A stretch of 64,000 bases of DNA from Nitrososphaeria archaeon (GCA_029775925.1 JARVKB010000009.1:11283-75282), one strand, 5' to 3'. Positions 9,480 through 19,217 are shown, numbered from the stretch's first letter. Notes: generated by a model from the sequence alone, not told the origin. Numbers and translations are program-made.

Positions 9480-10118
9480 TTATCCTTCGATATCTATCTG
9501 CTCTAACCTGTCTAGAGCTTGAAGAACCTCTTCCCTTAAAGCCTTGACTTTATCCTCAACTTTTGCTTCTTCTGTCTTTATCCTTGGCTTTTCCTCTTTT
9601 TGCTCAATCTTTGCTTGAGCAGGAATCTTTTGAATTGGAGCTTTGATTTCTTCAAGTCTAGCTTTTGCTTTATTTAACCTATTTTCTATTTGAGTCATCT
9701 TTCTCTCAAACAAGCCTATTAATTCAGTTTTAAGATTCTCTAACTCTCCAACTTCAATCAATAGCTCAGCATTGCTCAGTTTCTCTTCTACAACTTTTAA
9801 CTGTTCACGATATTTATTAGAAAGTTGCTCCCTTTCTTCCTTTGTTATCTTATTTTGAACCTCAGCCTCATAAACTCTTGTCAATGCACTAGATAGCAAC
9901 TCTTTCTCAAGCAATAGAGTGTTTAACTCTTTTCGAGCTTTTTCAAGGTCAGGCATCTGAATTAGTTTTTCTTCAGTAGTTAGAAGAGGGAGTTTAATGC
10001 TAGAAGTTTCAGCCTTTTCTTTTAGTTGCTTTTTCGAAAATTTCGATAAAGCATAAAATATAGAAGAGCCGATGATAAATCCGATCCCTAGTCCAATCAC
10101 TAAATCGAATAATTCCAT
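9480..10118 (-). CDS. Membrane-anchored coiled-coil protein, unknown function
   Basis: One N-terminal hydrophobic helix (LVIGLGIGFIIGSSIFYAL) is followed by long E/K/L-rich heptad sequence. Confidence 0.5.
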   Translation of the reverse strand: MELFDLVIGLGIGFIIGSSIFYALSKFSKKQLKEKAETSSIKLPLLTTEEKLIQMPDLEKARKELNTLLLEKELLSSALTRVYEAEVQNKITKEEREQLSNKYREQLKVVEEKLSNAELLIEVGELENLKTELIGLFERKMTQIENRLNKAKARLEEIKAPIQKIPAQAKIEQKEEKPRIKTEEAKVEDKVKALREEVLQALDRLEQIDIEG

Positions 10119-10208
10119 CTAATCAAAATAATAAATAGTAAAGTAATATTTAAGGCAATCAGTCAAAGATAACCATTCTATTACGAAAAGTTTTGATCAA
10201 GAAAGGTG

Positions 10209-10523
10209 CTACTCTATTCCCCAACGTTTAGTCATTTTTACTATGATGAATATTACAAAGGCAACGATCAAGAAGGTTATCAAAGATCCGATAAAATGCC
10301 CAATTCTGAAGAGGCCGATTTCAATTAATTCCCATCGGATATCAGGCATTGCTAACTGAATTATAGGCATGATCAAATCGCTTACTAAAGCTTGAACTAA
10401 TGCACCTAAGTATATACCGAGAATAAAGGCAACTGCTAGACCTAGCACTTTGTATTTTGAGATAAATTCCAAAAATTCTTTCCTTAAACCTTTTGGAGGT
10501 GGTGAAGGTTTTGGTTCGAGCAA
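10209..10523 (-). CDS. mscL: Large-conductance mechanosensitive channel MscL
   Basis: EFLEFISKYKVLGLAVAFILGIYLGALVQALVSDLIMPII and FLIVAFVIFIIVK align with the MscL TM1/TM2 consensus. The TTG start is uncertain. Confidence 0.75.
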   Translation of the reverse strand: MLEPKPSPPPKGLRKEFLEFISKYKVLGLAVAFILGIYLGALVQALVSDLIMPIIQLAMPDIRWELIEIGLFRIGHFIGSLITFLIVAFVIFIIVKMTKRWGIE

Positions 10524-10635
10524 CTCTCTAATACGCTTAAGCTCCTTTAAAATTTCATCTTCTTTCGACTATCTCACTATTGCTTGGTATATATGAGGAT
10601 TAATAAATTTTTGTTTAAAATGTATGAGATATAAT

Positions 10636-11364
10636 TTATGCTGCTTTTAACCCACATTTGTTTCCACATTCATAGCAAATTCTAAGATGATTCCATTTTG
10701 AGAAAGATATTCTTGTAAAGAGCCAAAAGATGCTCAATAAAATCAAAAAGAGATCGATAGATATACTTTGAACTAAACTATCAACCCCGATCAACATTAG
10801 AAAAACTCCAAAGATGAAGAAGGCATTTATAAAGAGGCGGAGAACGGTCTGTTTAAGATCGAGTAAAGGAAGAATCAAACCTAGAGCAACTCCTAGAAGA
10901 CCGATGATTATGAAGAAGTTTGGAATGAATAAATCAGTGGAGAAATAGATAATAGCCCCGAGGAGACTTAACAAAGCTCCAATAAGCAAACCAGTACAAC
11001 CAGCACAAAAAGACTTATCCTTTATTCGAAACTCATGAGAAGAAAAGTTTTCACAACTAGGATGGTGACCATGCACTATCCTCAAGCCAAAGATAAAAGA
11101 TGCATTATTAGAACTAATCGGCTTTTCTTGAGCAATATTCTTTTTGCAATAAAATACCTTTGAACACTCCTTTGGTAAAATAGCAGCCATCGTTCCTAAG
11201 ATGGATAAAAGCCCAAATGCTAAACCAATTATGGGCTTACGGAATAAAAAATATTCATAATTTAAAGGTAAAGAGAAACTAGTAATAATAAACATAAGAA
11301 GTCCTAAGAATGAGAGAATTAGTAGCAATAAAAGATCGAAACGATGATAGATCTTTCCAAGCAT
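10636..11364 (-). CDS. Polytopic membrane protein with Cys/His motif (DUF2085-like)
   Basis: Multiple TM helices. The central HGHHPSCENFSSHEFRIKDKSFCAGCTGLLIG resembles the DUF2085 H...CxxCtG motif. A C-terminal CYECGNKCG is also present. Confidence 0.45.
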   Translation of the reverse strand: MLGKIYHRFDLLLLLILSFLGLLMFIITSFSLPLNYEYFLFRKPIIGLAFGLLSILGTMAAILPKECSKVFYCKKNIAQEKPISSNNASFIFGLRIVHGHHPSCENFSSHEFRIKDKSFCAGCTGLLIGALLSLLGAIIYFSTDLFIPNFFIIIGLLGVALGLILPLLDLKQTVLRLFINAFFIFGVFLMLIGVDSLVQSISIDLFLILLSIFWLFTRISFSKWNHLRICYECGNKCGLKAA

Positions 11365-11375
11365 AAAAATCTTAC

Positions 11376-12800
11376 CTAGAATAGATTTTTCAACTGGTTC
11401 ATAATGGCCTGACTGGCCATGTATCTGTAGGTTCTTCTTTTTAATTTGTTCTTTGAGAATATGCCTTTTAATCTTCTATTAAAAGAACCATAAAAACTTC
11501 GATAGCATTCATAAAGTTCCTCTTGAACTTCCTCTCTTGATAGATGCTCAGTAGGCATTATCGCATGAACCATATCATAATTCGACCAATTTTTGTCTTT
11601 GATCCATCCGTTCTGCTGAGCTTTCTCATATACTTCTGTCCCTGGAAAAGGTGTCAGTATCATGAATATAGCTAGATCAGGATCAAGATCGTTCACAAAT
11701 TCTCTCATTTTTGCTATAGATTCGGCTGAATCGTTCCTTTCCCCTATTATGAAGGTTGCTTGAGAGAATATATCATTCTCTTTCAGCAATTTTACTGCTT
11801 TCTTTGTGTCTTCAGGGTTTATACTTTTGTTAAAAGCACGAAGGGTTGAATTGTTATGACTCTCAGCCCCAAAAAGTATCCAATAGTTCCCAGCCTTTCT
11901 TAATTTGGGTAAAAGCTTCTTTTGTCTAACGATTTCATCACATCTGGCTTGAAAGAACCACATGATGTCATCAGAAAATTCTCTTCTAATTATTTCATCA
12001 CATAAATCTTCCATAATTTTGCCCATGGTAAGATTATCGTCTGTCAACCAGAAAAATCTAATTCCATAATTCCTATAGCAGAATTCAATCTCATCAGCAA
12101 TTCTCTTGGCAGATTTGACTCTCCATATACCCTTCCAATGTTTCCATTGAGTACAAAAGGTACAACGATATGGACATCCTCTTGATCCTTCTAGCAAACC
12201 ATACCTAGTTTTAGCTCCAGCCATCATCGTGAAGTGATATCTATGAACAAAATCTTTAACAAAGTGATAGCCAGGATATGGTAAATCATCTAAATTCTCA
12301 ATTAAAGGCCTTTCAGGATTATTTATGATATTTCCATCATGCCTAAAGGATATACCATTCACTTTTGAGAAAGATGTTTTTTCCATTAATGAGTTGATCA
12401 ACTCTAAAAAAGTTTGCTCTCCTTCTCCACGAACTATCACATCGATTTCAGGATAGGCCTTTAAGCTCTCTTGAGCCATAACTGTGAAGTGCTGACCCCC
12501 GACTACAGTCAAGGCATCAGGTCTGACCTTCTTGACTATGCTACAAGTTTGAGCAACAGTATAAGTGTTACAAGTTGATAGGCCGCTACAAGCAACAATA
12601 TTTGGGTCAAAGGATTCTATGCGCCTTTCTAATCTCTTCCAATCTATTCTTTCAGCTTGGCAGTCAAGTACTTCAATTTCTACTTCTTTGTTTCTACTCT
12701 CAAGAAAGGCAGCAAGTTGGAGAATTCCGTAAGGAGGTGGAAGATACTCTCCCATTATAAACCAAAATTCTTTAGGCGGCTCTACAAAAAGGACTCTCAT
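11376..12800 (-). CDS. B12-binding-domain radical SAM enzyme (class B), substrate unknown
   Basis: N-terminal cobalamin-binding-like Rossmann part (VACSGLSTCNTY...VVGGQHFT), then GSRGCPYRCTFCTQ radical-SAM cluster motif. Confidence 0.8.
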   Translation of the reverse strand: MRVLFVEPPKEFWFIMGEYLPPPYGILQLAAFLESRNKEVEIEVLDCQAERIDWKRLERRIESFDPNIVACSGLSTCNTYTVAQTCSIVKKVRPDALTVVGGQHFTVMAQESLKAYPEIDVIVRGEGEQTFLELINSLMEKTSFSKVNGISFRHDGNIINNPERPLIENLDDLPYPGYHFVKDFVHRYHFTMMAGAKTRYGLLEGSRGCPYRCTFCTQWKHWKGIWRVKSAKRIADEIEFCYRNYGIRFFWLTDDNLTMGKIMEDLCDEIIRREFSDDIMWFFQARCDEIVRQKKLLPKLRKAGNYWILFGAESHNNSTLRAFNKSINPEDTKKAVKLLKENDIFSQATFIIGERNDSAESIAKMREFVNDLDPDLAIFMILTPFPGTEVYEKAQQNGWIKDKNWSNYDMVHAIMPTEHLSREEVQEELYECYRSFYGSFNRRLKGIFSKNKLKRRTYRYMASQAIMNQLKNLF

Positions 12801-12853
12801 TGCTGATCAACTTAAATCTTACTCGATTTTAATGCTTATTTTTGCTACAATTA

Positions 12854-13162
12854 CTAAGGAGTTTTCTTAACTCTTTGTCCTCCCCGCAAATAAGAAATGA
12901 TTCCACCTATAATGAGCATAATTCCTATTAGAAAGAGAACGCCAGGCCAGAACAAGTTAAAGTACCATAGTATGGCAAGGCCTATTAGGAAAACACCGAT
13001 AGCTATTAACCCCCAGAATTCTCCACCACGCTCCCAGCCAAAGCATTCGTATCTAGGCCCCCTCCACTCCTCTCCTCTATACCCTGATACCGGAGTACCG
13101 CACTTAGGGCAGAATTCTTCTCCTTCAGCTAATTGAGTACCACATTTTATACAATATGGCAT
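12854..13162 (-). CDS. Zinc-ribbon membrane protein (paralog of 13237..13782)
   Basis: MPYCIKCGTQLAEGEEFCPKCGTPV zinc ribbon, an ECFG motif, then two hydrophobic helices. Confidence 0.6.
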   Translation of the reverse strand: MPYCIKCGTQLAEGEEFCPKCGTPVSGYRGEEWRGPRYECFGWERGGEFWGLIAIGVFLIGLAILWYFNLFWPGVLFLIGIMLIIGGIISYLRGGQRVKKTP

Positions 13163-13236
13163 TTAAAACCTTCTTATCTAAGCGAATATATAAGCTCTTT
13201 TAAATTCACAAAATTATGAAGATTTTAGAATTTGAA

Positions 13237-13782
13237 CTACTTTTTTCTTCTCATAAAGTAGGATAGGATAATGCCATATATGATCACTAGTATGCCAATT
13301 GTTATAATTGATAGTACTACAACCATCTGCCAAGTCATAAGCCTTTGACTGTTAAGATAAACAAGATAAGCAATCAATATTGCACCAAATCCTGATAGCA
13401 CATCTTTTAAAGGTCTTCTCCACGATTGTCTTAAGAAAACCCTTATGCCAGCCATAACGAAGTCAGACAATCCTATCAAACCTAGGAAGAGGGCGAAAAT
13501 GTAGCGAAGTTGTGACGATGGGGGTACAAAGACTCCTTCACCTAAACTCTCAAAAAAGGCTTGAAACTCTGATAGAATCCATGTGTTTGTTAAGAATATA
13601 TAACCAACTATTAGAAGGAAAAAGCCAAAGGATACTAAACCTAATTGGTCTCTTTCAGCCCTTCTTTCACCAAAGCACTCTTCTCGAAGAAACTTCCATT
13701 CCACAAATATCGGAGTACCGCACTTTGTGCAGTACCTTGCTCCCTCGTTATATTTAGCTCCACACTTCTTACAATAAGGCAT
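13237..13782 (-). CDS. Zinc-ribbon membrane protein (paralog of 12854..13162)
   Basis: MPYCKKCGAKYNEGARYCTKCGTPI zinc ribbon, an ECFG motif, then four hydrophobic helices. Confidence 0.6.
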   Translation of the reverse strand: MPYCKKCGAKYNEGARYCTKCGTPIFVEWKFLREECFGERRAERDQLGLVSFGFFLLIVGYIFLTNTWILSEFQAFFESLGEGVFVPPSSQLRYIFALFLGLIGLSDFVMAGIRVFLRQSWRRPLKDVLSGFGAILIAYLVYLNSQRLMTWQMVVVLSIITIGILVIIYGIILSYFMRRKK

Positions 13783-13835
13783 CTTTATTCTGTAGAGAGA
13801 TTTCCATATAAGACTTTCCCTAGAGATAGAGATTT

Positions 13836-14837
13836 ATGATTGCTAGTGTTAACTTAAACAAGAATAAATTGGCATATCCTCCATTATTGATAGATCTGTT
13901 GAAAAAACAAAAGTATCATATAGTGGGCAAGCACTCTAGTGTAAAGAAGTGTAAGTGGCTACATGAGAGCCTTGTTCATAACAGAGTCTGCTATAAGCAA
14001 AAGTTCTATGGTATAAGATCCCATCGATGTCTCCAAATGACTCCTGCAGTTTTAAGCTGTTTGACTCATTGCATATATTGCTGGAGAGTGATGCCTGAAG
14101 ATATTGGTATAAAATGGAGTGAAACCTTTGGTAGTGATTGGGATGAACCTGAGGAAATATTAGAAGGATGCATTAAAGAACAAAAGAAGATACTATCAGG
14201 CTATAAGGATCAAGTCATAAAAGGGAGAGTGAGCAAAGAGAAGTATGAAGAGGCACTTAACCCAAATATGGTTGCTATAAGCCTCTCAGGCGAGCCTACT
14301 CTATACCCCAAATTAGGAGAAATGATATCACTATTTAAAAAGAGGAACTTTAATGTATTCTTAGTTACTAGTGGAGTTCTACCAGAGGCTTTGAAGAGGC
14401 TAGAAAGCGAACCTTCTCAACTTTACATATCTCTAACTGCACCAGATTATGATTCTTTTCAAAAGGTTAATAGACCGATATCATCAAGATTATGGGATTC
14501 TCTTATAAAGAGCTTAGAGCTTGTAAAGAGTTTCAAATGTCCAGTAGCCATTAGGATAACAGCAATAAAAGGAATAAATATGGATCGTCCAGAGAGTTTT
14601 AGCAAATTAATAAAAATCTCTGATTGCACTTACGTTGAGATAAAAGCTTACATGCACCTTGGCTACTCTACGCATAGGCTAAATAGAAGCAATATGCCAA
14701 GCTTTAAAGATATTGAAATATTTAGCAATAAATTGTCTGAACTAACTGGGTACAGAATAACAGGGAGTTCAGAGGAGAGCCGTGTAGTATTATTATCTAA
14801 GCTAAAAAAGCCCATTATTTTTAATAAATCTGGGTGA
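13836..14837 (+). CDS. taw1: tRNA 4-demethylwyosine synthase (Taw1/TYW1), radical SAM
   Basis: VKKCKWLHESL...CYKQKFYGIRSHRCLQMTP...CLTHCIYCWR is the typical Taw1 N-terminal and cluster motif. Confidence 0.8.
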   Translation: MIASVNLNKNKLAYPPLLIDLLKKQKYHIVGKHSSVKKCKWLHESLVHNRVCYKQKFYGIRSHRCLQMTPAVLSCLTHCIYCWRVMPEDIGIKWSETFGSDWDEPEEILEGCIKEQKKILSGYKDQVIKGRVSKEKYEEALNPNMVAISLSGEPTLYPKLGEMISLFKKRNFNVFLVTSGVLPEALKRLESEPSQLYISLTAPDYDSFQKVNRPISSRLWDSLIKSLELVKSFKCPVAIRITAIKGINMDRPESFSKLIKISDCTYVEIKAYMHLGYSTHRLNRSNMPSFKDIEIFSNKLSELTGYRITGSSEESRVVLLSKLKKPIIFNKSG

Positions 14838-14904
14838 AATATTTATACCAAAAGATTCATAAAGTTAATTAATTTAAATCTCCTTCCTTAAGGAAGTTAA
14901 AATT

Positions 14905-15495
14905 ATGTTCCAGATAATTGAATTAGAAGATGTTATAAGGATACCTCCAAATAAGTTTGGTCAGCCTCTTAATGAGATAGCATTAGAGATTCTAAAAATG
15001 AAGTATGAGAGCACTATAAGCCCTGATCTAGGTTATGTAATACTCGTAAAAGATGTATCTGTAAATCCTATAGGGAAAATAATCCCCGGTGATGGGGGAA
15101 TTTATCATAAAGTGAATTTTTCCATTCTCAGCTATTACCCAAAGATTCAAGAAATAGTTGAGGGTGAAGTAGTTGAAATAACAGATTTTGGAGCTTTTAT
15201 TAGAATAGGGCCTGTAGATGCATTACTTCATTTATCTCAAATTACAGACGATTATCTTACTAGTGATGTAAGGCAAGGGATAATATTGGCAAGCAAAAGT
15301 AAAAGGATGCTCAAAATAGGTTCTAAGGTTAGAGTTAAAATAACTGCTGTGAGCTTAGGAAGAGGGACGACAGTAGGTAAGATAGGTGTAACGAGCAGAC
15401 AACCCTTCTTAGGAGCATTAGAATGGATAGAAGAGGATTTAAAGAAAGCATCAAATGTTATTGAGGTAGAGAAAAAAGAAAAAGTTGAGAAATAA
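14905..15495 (+). CDS. rpo7: RNA polymerase subunit Rpo7 (E')
   Basis: MFQIIELEDVIRIPPNKFG N-terminus plus an S1 domain (GEVVEITDFGAFIRIGPVDALLH). It heads the conserved rpo7-spt4-DUF359-S24e-S27ae cluster. Confidence 0.85.
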   Translation: MFQIIELEDVIRIPPNKFGQPLNEIALEILKMKYESTISPDLGYVILVKDVSVNPIGKIIPGDGGIYHKVNFSILSYYPKIQEIVEGEVVEITDFGAFIRIGPVDALLHLSQITDDYLTSDVRQGIILASKSKRMLKIGSKVRVKITAVSLGRGTTVGKIGVTSRQPFLGALEWIEEDLKKASNVIEVEKKEKVEK

Positions 15496-15508
15496 AAAGT
15501 GAAAGTGA

Positions 15509-15697
15509 TTGGTTAAAGAGTTAGCTTGTAGAAAATGTAAGACTTTAACAACGAGCCGTATATGCCCTAATTGCAAATCTAAGGATTTAAGCCCTAGTTG
15601 GTCAGGGCTTGTTATAATAAATGATGTAGACTCGTCTCAAATAGCCAAGATTCTTGGAATTACGAAGCCAGGAAGGTACGCTTTAAAGGTAAGTTAA
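15509..15697 (+). CDS. spt4: Transcription elongation factor Spt4 (RpoE'')
   Basis: CRKCKTLTTSRICPNCKS zinc ribbon followed by WSGLVIINDVDSSQIAK. Position in the conserved cluster supports the call. TTG start. Confidence 0.75.
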   Translation: MVKELACRKCKTLTTSRICPNCKSKDLSPSWSGLVIINDVDSSQIAKILGITKPGRYALKVS

Positions 15698-15710
15698 TTA
15701 AAGAACCATT

Positions 15711-16274
15711 ATGCATAAAAGTAAACATAGTAAATTCAATGAAATCGTAAATCATGAATATATTTTAACAGATGAGTTAAGAGAGTTATTAAAAAAGCCC
15801 ATCGGATTTCTGATCTCAAATGAAAATTTGACTTATAATGAGATAAAGAGCCATATAGGAAAAAAAGGAATGATAATTACAGTAGGAGATGCTACTACTG
15901 AAAGATTGATTCAATTAGGAATAATTCCATCAATTCAAATAGTAGATGGGAAAGAGATGAGAGCTAGTAGACCTTTACCATCAGTAAAAATAGATAATGA
16001 GATTAAAGCACCAAACCCAGCAGGGAGAATATCGAAAGAAGCTTTGATGGCTTTATCATCAGCCTTAAGAGCAAATAAACCTGTTAGAATAGTTATAGAT
16101 GGTGAAGAAGACCTTCTTGCATTACCTTGCATAGCTTTATCGCCATGTGGATCTTCCGTTCTTTATGGACAACCTAAAGAGGGAGTGGTCATCATAAAGG
16201 TTAATAAAGTGTCAAAAAGGATGGCAATCTCATTTATGAAAAAGATGATGATAAAGAGTTCTTTTGATGAATAA
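15711..16274 (+). CDS. DUF359 protein (GTP-dependent dephospho-CoA kinase family)
   Basis: ITVGDATTERLIQLGIIPSIQIVDGKEMR and the GEEDLLALP motif. The cluster position is conserved. Confidence 0.65.
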   Translation: MHKSKHSKFNEIVNHEYILTDELRELLKKPIGFLISNENLTYNEIKSHIGKKGMIITVGDATTERLIQLGIIPSIQIVDGKEMRASRPLPSVKIDNEIKAPNPAGRISKEALMALSSALRANKPVRIVIDGEEDLLALPCIALSPCGSSVLYGQPKEGVVIIKVNKVSKRMAISFMKKMMIKSSFDE

Positions 16275-16316
16275 AATATTAATAAAGGCATCCCTCGGTT
16301 TAAGAGGAGTAGGAAC

Positions 16317-16655
16317 TTGAGCATACAAATATTAAAGGATAGTAAGAATAACTTGCTCAGAAGGAGAGAAATCAATTGTATATTCAAATCGATGGCTGGA
16401 CTATTAAAAAGGCAAGATGCTATCAACATGATAGCAAAAAGTCTTAATATTGATGCTAAGAATGTTTGCCTTATCTCTTTAAGCACTAAAACAGGAACCA
16501 GAGATGTTTCAGGTCTCTTTTATATTTATGATAATCCTGAAGATGCAAAAAAACAACTCCCCGATTATCTATTTATAAGGTTACTACCAAAGGAGGAAAG
16601 GGAGAAGTTGTTAAAAGAAAGAAAGAAGAAGGCAAAGAAGGGCAAGGAGAGTTAA
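16317..16655 (+). CDS. rps24e: 30S ribosomal protein S24e
   Basis: [13 protein letters not shown]...[18 protein letters not shown] is the S24e pattern. Confidence 0.85.
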   Translation: MSIQILKDSKNNLLRRREINCIFKSMAGLLKRQDAINMIAKSLNIDAKNVCLISLSTKTGTRDVSGLFYIYDNPEDAKKQLPDYLFIRLLPKEEREKLLKERKKKAKKGKES

Positions 16656-16656
16656 A

Positions 16657-16848
16657 ATGGCTGAAGAGAAGAAGGTTAAGAAAAAAGTTAGTCCACAAGT
16701 ATGGAAGTTTTATCAGATCAATGGTTCATCTTTAGTCAGACCGAAGAAAGAATGCCCAAGATGTGGAAGAGGAGTATTTCTTGCAGATCATGCAGACCGA
16801 TTAACGTGTGGGAAGTGTGGTTATGTATTATTCAAGAGGAAACAATAG
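16657..16848 (+). CDS. rps27ae: 30S ribosomal protein S27ae
   Basis: [24 protein letters not shown] is the zinc ribbon of S27ae. Confidence 0.85.
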   Translation: MAEEKKVKKKVSPQVWKFYQINGSSLVRPKKECPRCGRGVFLADHADRLTCGKCGYVLFKRKQ

Positions 16849-18514
16849 CTTTACTTATCTCATCTCTTATAGCCCTTACTACGTTTGGTGCAAGAATCGT
16901 TTGAAAAGGTGCTAAATAATCAGGATTTAATGCTTCTTTAACTGTATCAATACTTCCAGCTTTAAGATAACCTTTTAAGAATTCTTTGGTTATAGCACGA
17001 GCTCCATGAACGTTAAAAGTTAGCTTGTTAGAATAATAAAGAAATAATGCTATATCCCATGCTTTGTTACCGTGCTCACTTGCTTGCTCTAAATCTGTAA
17101 TAAAGATCTTTCCATCTGAGAGTATTGCATTGCTAGGTTTTGTATCGCCTAAAGAATAACAGTACTTATGAGCGTGAGCGATACTCTCCCCATACATAGA
17201 AATTGGAGACTTATCTACATCATAACCACTCAATATATCCTTAACGATTTTACCAAGGTTTATTCCTTCTATAAAGTTTGTGACGATTATCCTTTTGTTC
17301 AATACGACTGAAATTATTTCCGGAGTATTCAGTCCTATCTCCCTTAACTTCCTTATCGCAGTGTATTCTCTTCCAAGCCGTGCAAGGGGCGAAATTTCAA
17401 ACCATTTCGTAGGTAATGCCCATAAGTTCAAAAAGGCCCATTTTATGGTTTTAACGTCCTTGAAGTTCTTCGCAGCGATACTAATTTTATTATCTCCATC
17501 CTTTAGCACATATACTTTTAAAGTTTCATATATCTCTCCTTTATGTAATTGTTCTACTTTAGTATTCTCACTTAAACCAAGATGACTTACTATCTGCTGA
17601 AGCCAATTATCACTCTCGACTATTAGTAATCCTTCATCTATTCTCCAAAGGTTCTTTGGATGCTTCATCTCTTCAGGTATATCTCTAATCTCTTTTGAAC
17701 GACCGATCTTTGATAATATTTCTCTCTTCATTACATCAAGACCTACATTTCCGGCATATCCATGAATAGCATAAGATATTATCCCCCTTTTCGTGTAAGA
17801 AAAAGTTGTCTTAATCTTTCCAGCCTTTCTTAACTTAAGGAATTCATCCTCTATTCTTAAAAATTCCTCATCTATTAACGATATCCATCTATAACTTTCC
17901 ATTTCTCTTAAAGGCTTGAGAAAGCCTTTAAGAGATGCTTTCAAGTTTTCTTTTCCTAATTCACTAGTATAAGTCTTCACATAACTATATAGAGCTGGAG
18001 GATAGAGAGATGCTCTTTTCTTAAGCTTTTCGAACAAAATGTACTTTATTGGTATGATAAGTTTTGTCGAGAAGTCACCACAAGCTAATGATAACTCATC
18101 AAGAATTTCAAAGGCAATCCTTCTTTTTAACCTAGTCTCAACATCTTCTATGAATTCTTTACCTATTAAGGCTTCGTAAACATTTAACAATCTTCCAGCC
18201 ACAAATTCTCCTAAAGAAGCTACTTCAGCGTCTTTGATAAGAGATTCACTGTCAACGATTAGAGCGGATAAATCTATCCCTTTTTTAATATAATTGTACT
18301 TTATCTTCGGCTTATAATCTTTAAGGGCAACTATAACATCATAATCACTTTCCTCTTTCGCATAGCCAGCCACACGTGAGCCATAAGCACATACAGCTAA
18401 AATTTCTTTTCCTTTTACTATTTCTTCTAAAACTTCGATTATAATGTTTCTCTCTTTCTCATTCAGTCTATGGATTTCCCCATTATTTTTTTCGCTCATA
18501 AAGCTTTCTTTCAA
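16832..18514 (-). CDS. Fusion protein: N-terminal pol-beta-type nucleotidyltransferase domain + C-terminal protein-kinase-like (Bud32/RIO/Kdo-type) domain
   Basis: NTase motif [25 protein letters not shown] (GS...DxD). The C-terminal catalytic-loop-like [25 protein letters not shown] is preceded by a small N-lobe ([10 protein letters not shown]). Confidence 0.5.
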   Translation of the reverse strand: MKESFMSEKNNGEIHRLNEKERNIIIEVLEEIVKGKEILAVCAYGSRVAGYAKEESDYDVIVALKDYKPKIKYNYIKKGIDLSALIVDSESLIKDAEVASLGEFVAGRLLNVYEALIGKEFIEDVETRLKRRIAFEILDELSLACGDFSTKLIIPIKYILFEKLKKRASLYPPALYSYVKTYTSELGKENLKASLKGFLKPLREMESYRWISLIDEEFLRIEDEFLKLRKAGKIKTTFSYTKRGIISYAIHGYAGNVGLDVMKREILSKIGRSKEIRDIPEEMKHPKNLWRIDEGLLIVESDNWLQQIVSHLGLSENTKVEQLHKGEIYETLKVYVLKDGDNKISIAAKNFKDVKTIKWAFLNLWALPTKWFEISPLARLGREYTAIRKLREIGLNTPEIISVVLNKRIIVTNFIEGINLGKIVKDILSGYDVDKSPISMYGESIAHAHKYCYSLGDTKPSNAILSDGKIFITDLEQASEHGNKAWDIALFLYYSNKLTFNVHGARAITKEFLKGYLKAGSIDTVKEALNPDYLAPFQTILAPNVVRAIRDEISKAIVSS

Positions 18515-19217
18515 GCTCCTTGAGTTTTAGCTTTAAGATTGGATCGATCTTCATTCTTAGAATAGATGATATTGGTAATCTTATTACATTATCACTAGGG
18601 GATATATTTATTGTAGGTAAACCCTTCTCTATCCACTCCTTTAAAGTCTTTTCATTTAATCTCTTATCCTCAAGACCGTTGGAGAATTTCTTTTTTACTA
18701 GACTTACTAAACTTTTATCATTAAATATTAACTTAGGTTCAAAAATCTTCTCATAATCTGAGTAAAGAGATTCAAATAATGAGGTTGATAGAGAGTCTGA
18801 AACTATGTCCAATTTGCTAAAGCTCCTCACAAGAGCTATATAATGTAGGAATTCATGAGCTAAGACTGCCCTTATAGTAGTTTTTAAACCGAATGCAATA
18901 AGAGGTACTGATATCTGAATCAATATCTCTAACCCTGAGATTCCTTCAATAGGAATTGTTCTCGCATAAAGGACTCCTATTTGACCTTTTTCAACCTCGC
19001 TCGATGATAGAAGGAGTACGGGATCGATATAGTAAGAAGGATACTTCAAACCAGAGGCACTCTCAATCTTGGCAATGCTCTCATCCAAGTACTTCATTCT
19101 TTTTTTAATCTTATTTATAATTGATGATGGTAGCTTTCCAAGCTTCTCAGCTTCTTCTAACTTAATCAATGGGTTCAAATCATCATCCTCTTTAATTCCA
19201 ATCAATATAAACAGCAC
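18483..19217 (-). CDS. HExxH-motif protein (putative zinc metallopeptidase), unknown family
   Basis: IRAVLAHEFLHYIALV motif. It overlaps the downstream NTase-kinase gene by 32 nt. Confidence 0.4.
   Translation of the reverse strand: MLFILIGIKEDDDLNPLIKLEEAEKLGKLPSSIINKIKKRMKYLDESIAKIESASGLKYPSYYIDPVLLLSSSEVEKGQIGVLYARTIPIEGISGLEILIQISVPLIAFGLKTTIRAVLAHEFLHYIALVRSFSKLDIVSDSLSTSLFESLYSDYEKIFEPKLIFNDKSLVSLVKKKFSNGLEDKRLNEKTLKEWIEKGLPTINISPSDNVIRLPISSILRMKIDPILKLKLKELERKLYERKK

Noticed and set aside
10524-10570. Possible N-terminal extension of mscL (the frame is open upstream: SKEDEILKELKRIRELLEPKP...).
   Set aside because: There is no in-frame ATG, GTG or TTG in the extension, and a TAG closes it 15 codons upstream. 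I kept the track's TTG start.
16701-16904. 67-aa alternative-frame ORF overlapping S27ae.
   Set aside because: The S27ae frame has the diagnostic zinc ribbon. The alternative frame has no support.
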